IMG/VR virus record: IMGVR_UViG_3300010376_000112
Coordinates: 1 to 27,242 of that record
Length of the DNA: 27,242 nucleotides
Origin: a virus
Lineage: Duplodnaviria; Caudoviricetes
Direction: 5' to 3' (one strand)
Positions 25,555 to 27,242 of this stretch are shown piece by piece (the first letter of the stretch is position 1; the number at the start of each line of letters is the position of its first letter). Made by a program: the position numbers and the translations under genes. The notes below the pieces were generated by a model. The model was not told the origin of the DNA, did no database searches, and saw only the letters and a program-made list of their open reading frames with translations.

Positions 25555-25979
25555 AGGGGCACCGCCGGCGAAGTAGTGATAGTGAACCCGACCGCCTGGC
25601 CGGCCACGACCTGCACATCGAGCACACCGTTAATGGTTTGGGTGCCGCTACCTAAATCGGCATCGGCGGTCACGTTAACCTGCGCGGTGCCTAAAGCGGT
25701 ACCGGGCACCACATCGGCAGAGAGTGAGTCGGTCGATACATTGGTTACGGTGACGATAGTGGTGTTGCTTGAGCTCCAGGCGGCCAGGCCATCGATTGAA
25801 GCCGGGTTACCTTTAGCGTCAACCGGCTGGATACTGGCAGTAACTTTATGATCGTTAGGCAGAATTAGCATAGTGATTCCTTTAGTTGTGATCCTGTTGT
25901 AAGTGACGCTCCAGAGGAAACCTGGTTGTTTGTCCTCCTCCAGCGTTAAATCCAGGGCGCCACTAATAAAAAGCTTCAA
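25551..25979 (-). CDS. Small Ig-like domain protein (alternative start ATG 25871)
   Basis: PVDAKGNP...WSSSNTTIVTV...GTAQVNVTA, a bacterial Ig-like pattern. Confidence 0.75.
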   Translation of the reverse strand: MKLFISGALDLTLEEDKQPGFLWSVTYNRITTKGITMLILPNDHKVTASIQPVDAKGNPASIDGLAAWSSSNTTIVTVTNVSTDSLSADVVPGTALGTAQVNVTADADLGSGTQTINGVLDVQVVAGQAVGFTITTSPAVPL

Positions 25980-26161
25980 AATTTTGCTTGCAACTCGTCA
26001 ACGGTCTCGGCCTGCAACGCATCAATAAACCGGTCGGCATCCTCCAGGCAATCTTCTGGTGCGACATTGCCACTGGCAAAGCCGTACCGTTGCATGGCGA
26101 CTTCCAAACGGATCTGGTAAAGACTTTTGCCGTAAGTTGCCAATATTTCTTGTTTAGTCAC
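25976..26161 (-). CDS. Hypothetical protein (probable GTG start at 26161)
   Basis: VTKQEILATYGKSLYQIRLEVAMQRY...; the longer start would overlap a plus-strand ORF. Confidence 0.6.
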   Translation of the reverse strand: MTKQEILATYGKSLYQIRLEVAMQRYGFASGNVAPEDCLEDADRFIDALQAETVDELQAKF

Positions 26162-26196
26162 TAAAGTATCAACGCAAACGTCCGTTAATATTGAGT

Positions 26197-26352
26197 ATGA
26201 ACAACAACACAAATTTTTCCGATAGAAAATGGGTTTTAAATGCGCTTTCCTTCTGGGAAGGAACTACGCCAAAGCAATGCGGCAAGTCCCGCAAGCTTAT
26301 CAACTGGAATATCGAAATGCTAATAGCCATTCTAAAGCGGCTTGACGCTTAA
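26197..26352 (+). CDS. Possible 51-aa antisense-oriented protein MNNNTNFSDRKWVLNALSFWEG...ILKRLDA
   Basis: Hand translation; TAATAT 5 nt before the ATG; followed by a plus-strand terminator. Confidence 0.5.
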   Translation: MNNNTNFSDRKWVLNALSFWEGTTPKQCGKSRKLINWNIEMLIAILKRLDA

Positions 26353-26377
26353 ACTAGAACACATACGCATAAGCAAG

Positions 26378-26404
26378 AAGCCGCTTTGTTAAAGCGGCTT
26401 TTTT
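26378..26404 (+). terminator. Intrinsic terminator
   Basis: AAGCCGCTTT-GTT-AAAGCGGCTT perfect stem followed by a T run. Confidence 0.8.
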
Positions 26405-26408
26405 GTTT

Positions 26409-26816
26409 CTAGTGCTCACCGTTGCCATTGCCGTTAACAAAGTTAAGCCGTTTAGCCTCGGCTAACACCACCTTCTGAAGCTCGGCCAGGTTAGCTTTCA
26501 CCTGCGCCGGGTTAAGGGTGATCGCCTGCTGGCTAACATTAACCGTCACGGCATCGTCGCGTGGTTCGCGCATGCCGAGCATTACCTTAGCCAAAAACAC
26601 CAGTAACGCCGGATTGCCTTGTAGTGCATATTTCATTAACGCACTTCGAAGTCTTACATGTGATTTTTTTGCACCGCGTGCCAAGAGTGCGCCACAACGA
26701 CGCCAGATCGTTCGCTCGCTTACGCCCAGCTCCGCGGCGATCTCCTCAGCTGAGCAACCAACCATGGAAAGCCGCTCAACCTTATCAAAGTCAATTTCGA
26801 CATACGGCCGGCCCAT
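26409..26816 (-). CDS. terS: Probable terminase small subunit (HTH)
   Basis: MGRP..EID...GCSAEEIAAELGVSERTIWRR...GNPALLVFLAK..LG pattern; upstream of terL and after a methylase. Confidence 0.7.
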   Translation of the reverse strand: MGRPYVEIDFDKVERLSMVGCSAEEIAAELGVSERTIWRRCGALLARGAKKSHVRLRSALMKYALQGNPALLVFLAKVMLGMREPRDDAVTVNVSQQAITLNPAQVKANLAELQKVVLAEAKRLNFVNGNGNGEH

Positions 26817-27242
26817 CAGCCTTCAAAAGGTTTGCCATCGCCGAGGCGGGTGGCGGTTTGCTTAGTAAAAGTCTGCCAGCGTCGGATCGCCATATCGACG
26901 TAGAGCGGGTTAATCTCGACACCGTAACAGACTCTAGCAATCGTTTCGGCGGCTATGACCGTTGTACCGGAGCCCATAAAGGGATCGTAGATAGCCTGGC
27001 CTTCAGAGGTGTGGTTCAGGATCGGCCGGCGCATCAGCTCGACGGGTTTTTGCGTGCTATGGCCGGTTTCAGATTTCATCGGCTTATCGATCTGCCACAA
27101 AGTTGTTTGCGAACGGTCGCCGCGCCAATGAGCCTTATTACGAACCGCATACCAACAAGGCTCATGTTGGACATGATAATTTCCTCGACCGATCGGGAAA
27201 TGCGATTTAGCCCAAATAATCTGCATTCGCACTTGGAACCCA
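26816..27242 (-). CDS. N4/N6 DNA methyltransferase, C-terminal part (5' end outside the window)
   Basis: HSTQKPVEL, DPFMGSGTT and GVEINPLYVD motifs; frame open to the window edge. Confidence 0.92.
   Translation of the reverse strand, partial: GFQVRMQIIWAKSHFPIGRGNYHVQHEPCWYAVRNKAHWRGDRSQTTLWQIDKPMKSETGHSTQKPVELMRRPILNHTSEGQAIYDPFMGSGTTVIAAETIARVCYGVEINPLYVDMAIRRWQTFTKQTATRLGDGKPFEG

Larger units (their letters stand above)
1..27242 (-). mobile_element. Temperate phage genome segment (packaging, Mu-like head, non-contractile tail, fibres, att site, integrase); extends beyond both window edges
   Basis: Canonical terS-terL-portal-protease-capsid-tail-TMP-fibre order with many ATGA/TAATG overlaps; no host housekeeping genes; no sheath gene recognised. 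Confidence 0.95.

Overview
The whole window is a large part of a temperate, probably siphovirus-type phage genome. Almost all genes lie on the minus strand. Read right to left they are: DNA methyltransferase (partial), small terminase, small accessory ORFs, large terminase, Mu gp29-like portal fused to a MuF-like domain, Mu gpI-like protease/scaffold, decoration protein, major capsid, head-tail joining genes, tail tube, chaperone pair, a short tape measure, tail-tip genes, three fibre genes and two membrane (lysis-like) genes. Next come a small plus-strand operon, the 3' half of a tRNA-Leu(UAA) with arm-type repeats on both sides (attP-like junction), and a tyrosine integrase broken by one in-frame TAG. 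The integrase style suggests a Verrucomicrobia-type host (inference only). The most unusual signals are: (i) two tandem fibre genes that share three near-identical DNA anchors around divergent AT-richer segments, with one ~90-aa fibre module apparently split between the two proteins; (ii) a stranded, synonymously divergent duplicate of the terL 5' end, plus a 13-bp junction duplication, marking serial cassette insertions at the terL start; (iii) an A9 slippery run exactly between the portal and MuF domains. Family assignments are from motif recognition by eye, not database searches.
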